A stretch of DNA of 64,000 nucleotides from the NCBI GenBank assembly GCA_008632985.1, contig QPGO01000036.1, forward strand, positions 334,182 through 398,181. The letters are read 5' to 3'. The stretch comes from Psammoneis japonica (taxonomy: Eukaryota). Below the pieces are notes generated by a model, which did not search any database, had not been told where the DNA came from, and worked only from the letters and a program-made list of their open reading frames with translations. Below, in pieces: positions 34,686 to 47,890 of the stretch. Every line of letters begins with the position of its first letter. Positions within the stretch are counted from its first letter, which is position 1. Both the position numbers and the translations under genes were made by a program.

Positions 34686-34934
34686 TAGCCGCTGTAGAAT
34701 TTGTACGGGGACAAAGATATAACGGTTGATCTTGCTCACTATCAATATTTGAGAGCTAATTACATTTTATACTAGATTACGTAGAATCCTACTCCACATA
34801 GCGACAGCAAAATTCCAGCCATAGAGAGGCGGCTCACACGGATGCCAATGTATAAAAGATGTGGTCGTTAGAAGTCTTTTTCATACGTAAACAAGTACTC
34901 TCGCTAGAAGGAGCTACTGTACCCTGCACAGAAT

Positions 34935-36802
34935 TTACTTTCTCGTGAACTTGGTTCTAGCTGGATCATTCTTTCGAATATCCATGAGTGCCTCGAGCAA
35001 TATGTCTGCAACTTGTGTAGCTGACGCTCTCTTTTTCGGGTCAACTTTATGGCATAACTTCATTGCCTTGACCATTGCAACAATGGCAGGATCCTTGGAT
35101 TTCGTGTAGTAGTCAGTCAATACAGGCGGTTTACCTACAGCCACCTCCCTCCGAATAAATTCCATTCGCTCTTTTTTCATTTTGCCTCGGGGAGAATGAG
35201 TCGTCAAAATATGATACAATATGCTTCCCAAGCTGTAGACATCTACCTTTTCATCCACAAGACGAGTATCAGGTTTCGGTAGCTTGATGACTTCTTCGGG
35301 TGCACGCCACCACGGCTCATGCAAACGAGAAGGGAAACCGCACGTTTCATTTGTCTTGGGATTGATGCGTAGAAACTCGGCAGTGTTAAAGTCATTCAAT
35401 TTGGGTTTACCGCCCTTCACAATAGCAATGTTGCGTGGATTCAAATCGTAATGCACCATGGCGGGTCGAGCGTCGGCGCCATTGACTTGGTGGACATGCG
35501 CCACTCCGACTGCAACAGATGTTGCAATTTGCAGCTTGATAAAGTAGGCTTGCTTAGATTCTTTGCCACGCAATTCCCGGTCAAACTTTTCCAAACTGGT
35601 GAGGCCACCATGGCCAAAGGATGCCATTTCGTTGATTGCGGATTGGCCGCAAAAACCATAAATGTCCATGACAAATGGACTAAAGGTGAGTCGCTCCATG
35701 GCAACCGCATCGCGACGATGCAATTCATAATATTCGCTGTAAAACTCTCGCTCGGACCTAAATGGACAATGCGACAAGAGAAGAAGAGATATCAGTTGCG
35801 CGTGGGCACCATAAAATACAAGTATACAGCGAATGATCCTTACCGCAGTGTCTTGAGAACGACCGTTTCATTAAGAGCATCGAGATCGACTTGCCATGCC
35901 GCTCGAAACCACCCTCGACCCATGTACATGATGTTGTCTTCAAAGCCAACATTAGCACTGTGCTTGTTGCCAACGTCTTGTCCCGCGGCTCGCAGCTCCA
36001 ACTCGTGCAGCATGTTGCAATTGGGAAAGGACGACGTTTGCCATTCGGATTGAGGAACACAATCCGTGTCTCTGTGCTTCTTTTCATGATAATCGTCCTG
36101 CTCGACAGCCTCGAGTCCCGGTGGGGCAGCGGGTTCCGCATCCAAGGTACGAGTGTACACGGCGTTCTGCTTGAAACCGTGGTTGGCGTCGTCCCAATAG
36201 ACGGTACGAGGCTTGCTATCCTTGTAGTAGTGTCTATTGGCGTCAACGGGCTGGATTGGTGCTTCAGCAGGCAGGGAGACACGATTTCTGTGCCCGTCTT
36301 GGACTAGCGGTACTTGATTGAGCAAGTAAAAGGAAAACGATAAGGTCACAACAATAGACACCCCAAGCAGTAACAGGACAAGCAGGGGCAGTCTTCTTCG
36401 ACGAAAGGGTCCTCCTTTGGGCGATGACGAAGGTGACTTGGTTGGTGATATCATCTTGATAGTAGGAGAAGGCGTCCCAATGCTATTTGCTTGCTGAGGA
36501 CTTAATTGCTTATCGGGCGATCGTCGGTGTCGACAGTAAAGCCCATCACCGCTTGCAACAGAATTATTGGACGGTGACGAGTACTGATGGTGATGCGTCG
36601 GTGAGGTCGATGGTGATACTACTGCTGCGTGAAGCGGGAGATGATGTGATGGAGTTGAGATTACAAGGTGCTGAGCAGATTTGCAATGACTGCTGCCGCC
36701 GTTCATCACTTGCTGTTGCTGTACTGCAGACGACTCGGGGGGCACTTCAGTGGCAGTAGTGGGCGGTGTAGTCTTCTTTGCTTTCGTCTTGACGATTGAC
36801 AT
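34935..36802 (-). CDS. Type II membrane protein kinase, paralog 2 (exons 36802-35844 and 35757-34935)
   Basis: Same motifs and same intron position as paralog 1 (KTLR/SEREFY); TM segment follows RRRR. Confidence 0.93.
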
Positions 36803-37412
36803 TACGGTCTTTTAGATAATTCCAGACAACAGAGACAACTCAGTTCACAAATAAAGGAGCGTTCACTGCCATCTGAATTATGCGCTTGCTTGATATACTC
36901 TGCACCGTCTCTAACAGGGATTCCGAAGGAGGGGAGCAACTCAAACGGGTGAGACTCACTCTCCTTTTCAAACTTATGTGACTTGTGTATGTGTTTAGAT
37001 CAACTCCAGTTGGTTCCCGCGAGTACGAGACGCCGATTTTTGTGTCATGCTGCGATGCTCTCCTTCAACGCGTGTTTTTCTTTTCACGCGAGGAGTAAAA
37101 AATCAAATTAAATGTCGTTAAAAATTGCGAACACCGAATCCATTTTTATTATGACTTTATAAAGTGTATTAGCACTATTCTGTGATAGTCTACAATACTC
37201 AACGGCACTGCGCACCCGGTCGCACAGCAGACGGACGGCGATGAGAAGCCCGCCCGTCCGCCCGCCCCGCCAGCTTGGGGACTTGGGGAACGAAAAAAAG
37301 CGAAGCCATGAGATTGCAACCGTCTCGGCATCAACTTGCATCCACGCTGCCGACGATACAGTACAGTACACAAGCCAAGCCATCCAATAGAAGCATACTT
37401 TAAGCAGCCATC

Positions 37413-38425
37413 ATGTCGGTCAATCGCAGTGTCGCTCGTCTTGTGTCTAATAGAGGACGATTACAGCATGTAGTTCGAGGTTCATCACTGTTTTCTGTGA
37501 AACGGTACTTTTCTGCAACGACGCAAAACGCAAAGGGTCGACACGACGATTTTGAAGAGCAAATGATGGAGTTACAAGAAGAACGAGAAGCCCTTTTTGG
37601 GTTTACCGACAAGGAAAAAGAAGCGTGGAGTCAAAGAGGACCGAGCAATAACAACAATTCAGAGACGGTGGGTTCGTTTATTGAGCAACATCAACATTTA
37701 CTCCATGTCGACCATGACGATGAAGATGGTTCCAATCTAGACACTCATGAGAATAGTCAGAGACTGACGCACTTGTCAAGAGATCAAAAGACCGTATCCA
37801 TGGTCAATGTGGGAAACAAGTTGGCAACCCAGCGCATGGCAAGAGCTCAATCAAAAGTTGTATTTCCTCCCGAGGTGATGCATGCATTTCAACAACACGA
37901 GTCTTCCGACGAACTGGTTGGGCCAAAGGGACCCATTTTTGCAACCGCCAAACTTGCCGGAATCATGGCAGCCAAGTAAGAGCTTTGTTGCGGTAGTTGT
38001 TGAGCGCGTTGACCCTCCTTAACTCAATCTCACGATTCTTCTCGTGTGTGACTTCTTGATACCGTAGGCGCACAAGTGATTTGATTCCCTTGTGTCATCC
38101 TCTTCCGTTAGAAAAGGTGGACTTGGATATTAGATTGGAAGGCAACGAGGCTGTAATTGAATGCGAATGCCACGTCACGCACAAGACGGGTGTGGAAATG
38201 GAGGTAGGCAGGGCTCATGCTGAATGCATTATTCCTGTGATTACCATTGCTCACACTTGACGCATTAAATTGATCATAAAGGCACTCACTGGCGCGTCGG
38301 TGGCTGCATTAACTATCTATGACATGGTCAAGGCCATCAGTCATCGGGTTTCGATTGAAGAAACAATACTGTTGAGAAAAACGGGAGGAAAGCGGAATGT
38401 CGGTAACGAAGACGAGGAGGAATAA
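37413..38425 (+). CDS. moaC: Cyclic pyranopterin monophosphate synthase (MoaC/CNX3); exons 37413-37975, 38068-38203, 38282-38425
   Basis: LTH...[54 protein letters not shown]; two GT-AG introns; N-terminus resembles a mitochondrial presequence. Confidence 0.96.
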
Positions 38426-38697
38426 ATAGAACTGACTGTGAATTTTTAAAGTAACGCACTGTTTTGTACATTGACAGTAGATTGATTGTAATAAACCAGA
38501 AAAATCTAAGTTTGTAGCTAGACTATTGACTCTACCGGTAGAGTGGTCTAGCTAGCTAGAGTGCAAAGGTCAAAATTCACCAGACAGGTTACCTGCGCAT
38601 CTACTTGAACTTGCAACCGAAACCGCTAACGCCCGTGAGTTTGAAAATGGGATAGAACTCTTTCGTAGACTTAGGCAAATGAGAACACCCGTTTAGG

Positions 38698-40349
38698 CTA
38701 AGGTCGATCTTCCATCAATGCAACTTCCTGCGTCGCAAAAATTGTCAGCACCAGATACATCAAAGCGGCGGACTTTAAGGAATCGTACAAAATGTCCATG
38801 CGCAGCTTCTCCATGCTGGAAACACCAAGATTCACCATTTGTTTATTTCCGTCGCCATCTTCACAGATTCGTTTCAAGCTTTCCAGGCCACTCACGATTT
38901 GACCGAGAATTCTTGGGACTATGGAGTAATGCAAATCGTGAACCAATCGTGGCGTGGACGAACGCTGTTGAACTCATACACTTCGCACGGCGACAGCATT
39001 GCGGTCTCTACAGTAAGGTGGATCAGGCTGCTTCCGACACAATGCTCACCTTCTCCTGAACCCTGGCTAGAATCTGTCGCATTACGTTGTAGGTACGTAG
39101 CGATTGCTGGACGCGATGCATTCCTGGGCCTGTATCTTTGAGGGCATAAGTTACAGTCTCACTGAAGCTGTCTCCTTCCGATATACGCCACAACCAAAAC
39201 ACGTCGTCAATGATATCCCTCCACAGTATGAGACTCTGTAGAGCCAACGGGTATCGACGATCGTGGCTGTGTGAAAGTCGAGCCCCATCCTTGGCGCTAA
39301 CAATACTCAAAGAGTAGCCCTCCTTGATCTCTTCTGGTCGGAAGAGCTTTTTCAGATATAACCAATAACCTTATCGATTGGGACTCTGGCGTTCAAGAAC
39401 AAAACAAAAAAGAAATGAGACACGTTGCGTTTTTGGTGAACGATACCACAATGCAAACATTGCAGGTTACGAGTCCAAGTCACTGCGACGCACCGGTCAG
39501 AGTTCAAAAACGAAATGTTATCACTAAAGGTGCGATAGGAGAAGGCGACATTAATAATGAGAAAGAGATCAGATGCCAAAACTAAGAGGTAGAGTGCGAC
39601 CCTGCATCGTACCATATCGAGCAGACGGAGATGAATGTCGTCGGAGCTAAGCTTGCTGGAGCGGCACTTTTGAGTGGCACCGCCGCTTTTCCATTGCGAC
39701 GAATCTCGTTATTGAACTTTGCTCATGTCTTTTTCTCTGCCAAGATGTCTTCCGTGGCAATCTCAATGAGTTTGTCGTCCAAGAGATTTAGCCCTCCTCT
39801 TGCCCTAAAGAGATGCAAACGGATAGATTCGAAAGGTGAGAGTGCATTAGACACGCTACTTCTGGTTTGAGAGGTTTCCAAAACACACCTTGACAGAACC
39901 CCCCAAGAGAATCTTGAAGAAGTTAGACTCCAGGTTCATAATCGTGTGGCGTCTTGTAATCTAAACATTGGTTGGAGCTAACGCATCGTACTGGGCAAAG
40001 TTGTACACAGAACAGTGGAGGCGAAAGAATGTTAACTCCCGAAGCGATTTCCATCTCGTTCTCAAGTCTTCGTGGACTTAAGCAATCTTCAAATCCTCTC
40101 GAGCTCCTACGGTAGCTACTCCTCCTCTTTCGAAGCCAATGTAGTATCCTTGGCCCGTAGGGCTTCCACCTGCCATTTGTCTGCATGCACATTCGTCGGC
40201 GCTGCATGCATACCAGGAGCACGGCCAACAGGGGACACTGCAACAGTGCCCGACCGATCGATCCATGAAAGACCCATGAGAACATGCCGCGGTCTCGATG
40301 CAGGAGGTGGTGTCGCCATTACTGGAGAATGAGTGGAGTCATCACTCAT
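38698..40349 (-). pseudogene. Possible decayed membrane-protein gene (unassigned), TA content normal
   Basis: Chain of protein-like fragments including a hydrophobic helix (VALYLLVLASDLFLIINVAFSY), broken by stops; no family recognised. Confidence 0.3.
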
Positions 40350-42509
40350 GCACTGGCACTATTCTGGGCGTCTGAGTTTTCCGTGATGGATCCAATTTTA
40401 CCCGAGAACCTGCTACTTATGTAAAGGTAGGGCCTACAATAATTGATGCGACAATGGCGTGGGTGACGTTCAACAGCAAGAAGCTCCTCTAACCAGCGAA
40501 ATTAACTCACCATTCGATTTTCTAGTGCTTTGGTCGGAGAATCTTTTAAAGCTAGAATTGTCTTAGAAGGTGAATCTTCCGCGCTTCGTAGGTTTCATAT
40601 TCTCCTCGTCACGGGACGTTCAGCACCCTGTAAGCTGCCGTTGCACGCCTTCTCATGAGCTCACCCGGTCCCACCAACGTTCTCTAGGAGACAATTTCAA
40701 TACAGAGTGGCAAACAAACTAGGCAGGGGAAAGAAATTATTCATGAATTGCTCCCACATTTTGCTGCGCAACCCTACGTTGTAGGGTCTAACAGCAATGC
40801 TTATACATGAAAGCGTCTACTAAGACGGTGAGTCCTCGCCAAAGATCGTCCCGCGACTTCTTCCCTGCAAAGGGCTCGAGCATGTCCCAGGCCAATTCTT
40901 TTGATTTTTCCGTTCACACAAAAAAAAAAAAAACGGATCTGTAAACATTGTAGACAGGATCAAGCATAGTTTAGGAATATGCATCAAGTTTGTAAAATAG
41001 AATACAACAGAGTTAATGCGTAGTACTCACAAACAAAAACATCGCGCATGGCTTATTGGGCGGTGCGTCTTGAGATATACTGTACAAGTAGCGTGGAGGT
41101 GCGTCTTAATTCCTTGAACGCACTGGCAGCTCGTCACCGCAAATTATGGACGAGACAACGACCCAAAAGCTAATAAGCCACGAGTCGTCTGTCGTCTCTG
41201 GCCTCCTTTGCAGATCAGAAGGCAATTGCAAGGAAAACTTAAGACACCGCCTTGATGGGAAGGATAGAGACGGGGAGAATTGAAATTGTTAGTTAATAAA
41301 TCCTCATACCGTTCTTTGGTAAACAGCCTTAAGGAGTTACCTGCACGACATTCCAACCTCGTCGCATTCCAATCGCATCCTGAGTGTCGAATCGTGGTAT
41401 GTCAATGCAAAATCCTTGTTTAATCTTAAAATTGACCGATTACCCTCAAAGCACATCACAAGTTGTTTCTATACCGGTATGATAGAAAAGCCACTCCGAG
41501 TAGCGCTCCATTCTTAGTAAAGAAAAATGGTCGTAGACCGAGAATCTCAAAACCACACCCAAGTGTATTATTCAGTATCGCCGCTGACGAATGATCCGAA
41601 CGCTTCCAAACCTCCTTGTACTGGAAACCCGCCCAAAAGGAGTGTACCCTCTGAACTGAGACCGAATGAACCGGTAGAGTCCCCGGAAATCTATTACGAG
41701 CAACATGGCAGGAAATTCCATCTTTGGTGAGAACCATTGCACCAGCAAAAAATCAAAAAACGTAAAAAGCACAAGACTTAGTATCTTTACCGACACCACA
41801 GCGTCATACACTGCAACCAATGAGGATTCTGTATTCTGCCATTTCCCACGTGTTACTCTCGACTTTATTAGACTGCCATCAAGGATCGCAACCTCGTCAT
41901 GTGCGGATTCTGTCGAGTTGACTGGTTCATGGTGTATGGTATGCTGAAAAGTTGGACAGCAAAATCAAAATACACCACAGGGAGAGCTGAGAGCTCTCGT
42001 TGCGCCGCTATCTGGTCCCACCATCCAGGGTGTGTTTTAGGGCCCTAGTGTGCAAAAAGTCATAGTCATTTTTGAACAGACTTTTTAGGCTGACTTTGTC
42101 TGTTCACAGCTGAGGATGACCACAAGTCAACTAAAAGTCAAAGTCAGTCATGTCTCATGGTGTTTCGTCAGCAAACTGACTGACATGCATCACTTTTCAG
42201 TGCCATCTGAAACTTGTTTCTGCTCTTCACTAGAGCGAATCTGAGCAATTTGCTGCACCCCAAAACTTCCACACATGCTGTCTGGCAATTGTGCTGGCCT
42301 TTGCCCACCAGGGTTGTTGCCTCAAGGTCAAACTCAAAACAACCTTGCCAGCCCGGCTCTTTCTTTGTTGAAGATCTGGCACATTTGCAGATGGTGGCAC
42401 CCTCATTTTCTTTGTTTTGTTTTCAAAATCTTGTTCACAATTGACTCACTTGTTTCAAAGCTGGCTCACTTGGCAGCTCTCTCAGCCACAGCTTGCAAAG
42501 AATTGTCCG

Positions 42510-45500
42510 GGGTTTCACCACGGTGGCTTTGCAGCTCCCAACCATTTTGCTCAAAGCGCTGCCTGGGACCAACAGAAGACATTCAATGATGTTTGACAGC
42601 TGATCTTGTCAGGGTGGTGGGTGCGCCAATGGTGCTGCTTCACTTCAAAAATTTGAGCTCAAGTCTCACCCTGACAATTGTGCGAAGTGAGACGCAGCCA
42701 GAGTTGCGCAATGGTTGCTTTGCAGCTCCCAACCATGGCTCTTAAAGTGTCACCTGGGGTCCACAAAAGCCATTCATTGGTGTTTGACAACAGTCGTTGG
42801 GTGGGTTGGTGCACTCATGGTGTTGTTTCACTTCAGAAATTGGGCTCAAGTCTCACGCTGACAATTGTGGGAAGTGAGGTGGAGCAACAGGTGCACCATG
42901 GTGGCTTTGCGGTGGCCTTGCGACTCCCAACCATGGCCATCAAAGTTTCCCCTTGGGTCCCCCAAAGACATTCAGCGGCATTTGACAACAGTTGTTGGGT
43001 GGCCAGGTGCACTCACAGCATTGTTTCACTTCAGAAAAATTGGGGTTCAAGTCTCATGGTGTGAAGTGACACAGAGCCAGAGTTGCACCACGCACCACGG
43101 TGGCTTTGATGCCCCTGACCATGGCTCTTAAAGTGTCACCTGGAGTCCACTGAAGACCTTCGGTGGTGTTTGACAACAGCTGTTTGGTTGGTGGGTGCAC
43201 ACTTGGTGCTGTTTCACTTTTGAATTTTGCAATCAAATCTCACCCTGGCAGTGGTGTGAAGTGACACGGGCTGCAGCACAGCCATGGTGGCTTTTCAACT
43301 CCTGACCATGGCTCTCAAAGCATCACCTGGGGTCCACTGAAGACATTCAAAGGTGTTTGACAACAGTTGTTGGGTGGGTGGGTGCACACATGGTGCTGCA
43401 GTTTCACTTCAGAAGTTGGGAGAATCCAGTCTCACCCTGGAAGTCATGTGAAGTGACATGGGATGCAGCTGAGCCAATGTGGCTTTGAAACTCCCCACCA
43501 TGGCTCTCAAAGCATCACCTGGGGTCCAGGGAAGACGTTCAATGGTGTTTGACAACAGTTGTTTGGTGGGCAGGCACGTTCATGATGTTGTCTCACATCA
43601 GAAGTTGGGGTTCAAGTCTCGCCCTGACATGTGAAGTGATGCAGAGCCAGAGTTGTGCCATGGTGGCTTTGCAGCTCCCCGCCGTTGCTTTTGAAGTGTT
43701 GCCCAGGGCCCACTGAAGACATTCAAATGGTGTTCAACAACAGCTGTTGGGTGGGTGACTGCACAAATGGTGCTGTTTCATTTTGTTGGGAGTCAAGTCT
43801 CTCACCCTGACATTTTGTGAAGTGATGTGGGCTGGAGCTGAGCCAGGGTGGCTTTGCAAATCCTGGCCATGGCTGTTGAAGTGTCGCGTGGGGTCCAGGG
43901 AACACATCCAATGGTGCTTGACAACAGCTGTTTTGTGGGTTGGTGTGTTCATGATGTTGTTTCACTTTAGAAGTTGGGGCTCAAGTCTCACCCTGACATT
44001 TTGTCAAGTGACATGGGCCAGAGCTGAGCCAGGGTGGCTTTGCAACTCCAGGTCATGGCTGTCAAGTGTTCCCTGAGGTTGGCTGAAGGAGACATTCAAT
44101 GGTGTTTGACAACAGTTGTTTGGTGGGTTGGTGCGTTCATGATGTTGTTTCGCTTTTGAATTTGGGGTTCAAGTCCCTCACCCTGACATTTTGTGAAGTG
44201 ACATGGGCCACAGCTGAGCCAGGGTGGCTTTGCAACTCCCTGCCATGGCTGTCAAAGTGTCCCCTGGGGTCCGCTGAACACATTCAATGGTGTTTGACAA
44301 CAGTTGTTTGGCGGTTGGTGGGTGGGTGCATGCGCGGTGCTGTCTTGCTTCAGAAGTTGGCAATCAAGTCTCACCCTGACATTTTGTTGAGTGACATGGG
44401 CCAGAGCTGAGCCAGGGTGGCTTTGCAACTCCTGGCCATGGCTGTTGAAGTGTCACCTGGGGTCTGCAGAAGACATTCAGTGGTGTTTGACATCAGTTGT
44501 TTGGTGGGCGGGTGCACTCATGGTGCTGTTTCACTTCAGAAGTTGGCAACCAAGTCTCACCCTGACATTTTGTCAAGTGACGTGGGCCAAAGCTGAGCCA
44601 GGGTGGCTTTGCAACTCCAGGTCATGGCTGTCACCTGGGGTCCACTGAAGACATTCAATGGTGTTTGACAACAGTGTTTGGTGGGTTGGTGCTTTCATGA
44701 TGTTGTTCCTTTTTTGAATTGGGGGTTCAAGTCTCTCACCCTGACATTTTGTGAAGTGACATGGGCCACAGCTGAGCCAGGGTGGCTTTGCAACTCCAGG
44801 TCATGGCTGTCACCTGGGGTCCACTGAAGACATTCAATGGCATTTGACAACAGTGTTTGGTGGGTTGGTGCTTTCATGATGTTGTTCGTTTTTTGAATTT
44901 GGGGTTCAAGTCTCTCACCCTGACATTTTGTGAAGTGACATGGGCCACAGCTGAGCCAGGGTGGCTTTGCAACTCCCTGTCATGGCTCTTGAAGGGTCTC
45001 CTGGGGTCCATGGAAGACATTCAATGGTGTTTGACAACAGTTGTTTGGTGTGTGGGTGCACACATGGTGCAGTTTCACTTCAGAAGTTGGCAATCAAGTC
45101 TCACCCTGACATTTTGTCACGTGACATGGGCCAGAGCTGAGCCAGGGTGGCTTTGCAACTCCAGGTCATGGCTGTCAAAGTGTTGCCTGGAGTCCACTGA
45201 AGACATTCAATGGTGTTTGACAACAGTTGTTGGGTGGGTGGGTGCACACATGGTGCAGTTTCACTTCAGAAGTTGACGATCCAGCCTCACCCAGGCAGTC
45301 ATGTGAAGTGACATGGGATGCAGCTGAGCCAATGTGGCTTTGAAGCTCCCCACCATGGCTCTCAAAGCGTCACCTGGGGTCCACTGAAGACATTCAAAGG
45401 TGTTTAACAACAGTTGTTGGGTGGGTGGGTGCACACATGGCGCAGTTTCACTTCAGAAGTTGGGAAGCCAGCCTCACCCCTGGCAGTCATGTGAAGTGAC

Positions 45501-46925
45501 ATTGGATGCAGCTGAGCCAATGTGGCTTTGAATCTCCCCACCATGGCTCTTAAAGCGTCCCCTGGGGTCCACTGAAGACATTCAATGGTGTTTGACAACA
45601 GTTGTTGGGTGGGTGGGTGCACACGTGGTGCAGCTTCACTTCAGAAGTTGGGAATCCAGCCCCTCACCCTGGCAGTCATGTGAAGTGACATGGGATGCAG
45701 CTGAGCCAACGTGGCTTTGAAACTCCCCACCATGGCTCTTAAAGCGTCACCTGGGGTCCACTGAAGACATTCAATGGTGTTTGACAACAGTTGTTGGGTG
45801 GGTGGGTGCACACGTGGTGCAGCTTCACTTCAGAAGTTGGGAATCCAGCCCCTCACCCTGGCAGTCATGTGAAGTGACATGGGATGCAGCTGAGCCAACG
45901 TGGCTTTGAAACTCCCCACCATGGCTCTTAAAGTGTCACCTGGGGTCCACTGAAGACATTCAACAGTGTTTGACAACAGTTGTTGGGTGGGTGGGTGCAC
46001 ACATGGTGCAGCTTCACTTCAGAAGTTGGGAATCCAGCCCCTCACCCTGGCAGTCATGTGAAGTGACATGGGATGCAGCTGAGCCAACGTGGCTTTGAAA
46101 CTCCCCACCATGGCTCTTAAAGTGTCACCTGGGGTCCACTGAAGACATTCAACAGTGTTTGACAACAGTTGTTGGGTGGGTGGGTGCACACATGGTGCAG
46201 CTTCACTTCAGAAGTTGGGAATCCAGCCCTCACCCTGGCAGTCATGTGAAGTGACATGGGATGCAGCTGAGCCAACGTGGCTTTGAAACTCCCCACCATG
46301 GCTCTTAAAGCATCACCTGGGGTCCACTGAAGACATTCAAAGGTGTTCAACAACAGTTGTTGGGTGGGTGGGTGCACACATGGCGCAGTTTCACTTCAGA
46401 AGTTGGGAATCCAGCCTCACCCAGGCAGTCATGTGAAGTGACATGGGATGCAGCTGAGCCAATGTGGCTTTGAAACTCCCCACCATGGCTCTTAAAGCAT
46501 CACCTGAGGTCCACTGAAGACATTCAATGGTGTTTGACAACAGTTGTTGGGTGGGTGGTGCACACATGGTGCAGTTTCACTTCAGAAGTTGGGAATCCAG
46601 CCTAACCCTGGCAGTTATGTGAAGTGACATGGGATGCAGCTGAGCCAATGTGGCTTTGAAACTCCCCATCATGGCTCTTAAAGCGTCACCTGGGGTCTGC
46701 AGAAGACATTTGATGGTGTTTGACAACAGTTGTTGGGTGGGTGGGTGCACACATGGTGCTGTTTCACTTCAGAAGTTGGCAATCAAGTCTCACCCTGACA
46801 TTTTGTCAAGTGACATTGGCCAGAGCTGAGCCAGGGTGGCTTTGAAGCTCCTGACCATGGCTCTTAAAGTGTCACCTGGGGTCCACTGAAGACCTTCAGT
46901 GGTGTTTGACAACAGTTGTTTGATG
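42510..46925. repeat. Satellite array, ~189-bp unit, roughly 23 copies, two subfamilies
   Basis: CCATGGCTCT recurs at 45541, 45730 and 45919 (189-bp spacing); core CACCTGGGGTCCACTGAAGACATTCAATGGTGTTTGACAACAGTTG. Confidence 0.97.
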
Positions 46926-47890
46926 GGTGTGTGCTCTTTGGATGCGGACGAATGTCGGTTAGCATTCATGGGGCATGCGATTTTTGGATCTGAAATGCAT
47001 TGGCTTCCAGGACCTTATCTCTCAAAGTGGTGGTCATATCGATTCGGGAATAATTCATTTTCTTCTTTATGGGAGCGCTTGTCTCCTAATCATGCTTCTT
47101 GGTGTCCACGCTTCAATACAAGTCGACCATACAACAAGCAAGATCACATCGACCTGTGCAGAAATTGCTCCATGCCGCTGCAAAGGCACGCGGACGCCAG
47201 AGAGCAACTCAATCGCTTTCTCACTTACTACCCAGCAATGATCAATCTATTATCACTTCGTGGGCTCCAATTTACGCATCTCTTCCCGTTCTCAGAGTAA
47301 CTCTTGTCCGAGATCCGTTTTCTTGGTTAGCGTCCAAGTTCTTCTGGCATCGCAAAGACAAAATTGAACAAGAGAAAAGGTGTGATAATAGAGCGTTTGG
47401 TGTTCAAACGGAGATACACGTCCCCACAAACAAATCTGCAATGGGTAGCGTTGGACCGGGATGGATCAACCGCATGTCACTCGGGTACATTATGTTTCTT
47501 TGTGGGGAAGACTGCATTGTTCGGTATGATACGGGCACTGCCACGTTGGAGGACTTGGAGTTGCAGGCCGAGAGCAATTTGCGTCAGGGATTTGCAGTAG
47601 TGGGTGTGCTGGAAGATGGCGATCATGTGTTTTATGACATGTTGTCGGCACGAGTACGCTACATTGACACATCGCTCAATCCTCATGTCCAAGGAAAGAG
47701 GCATTCGACTGGAACAAGAGAGGAAGTGCTAGATTGCCAGAGTCGCTTCCAGGACCCAGCCTTTCAAACGCAATTAATGAAGGAGTCGCGCGAACTAAGA
47801 GTTCTCAATCGACTGTATCTAGTCGCAAAAGAAGTCAATGAGTTTCAACGAAAGGAACTGGAGGAGTGTTCTGGGAAATCATTTGGGTAA
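46925..47890 (+). pseudogene. 5'-truncated, frameshifted sulfotransferase paralog of 48395-49981
   Basis: VCSLDADECRL..GH.IFG.EMHWLPGPYLSKWWS matches the neighbour. The frame switches near 47195 into TLVRDP...NLRQGFAVVGVLE. The N-terminal HIGKAGG half is absent. Confidence 0.88.

Noticed and set aside
35451..36307. Plus-strand ORFs of 138-200 aa
   Set aside because: Antisense to kinase paralog 2.
41456..41947. Short ORFs as the missing 5' half of the truncated sulfotransferase
   Set aside because: No HIGKAGG motif or similarity to the paralog's N-terminus in the frames I read.
42510..46925. CRISPR array or 63-codon protein repeat
   Set aside because: There are no unique spacers; unit length varies by 1-2 bp and frames contain stops; the context is eukaryotic.
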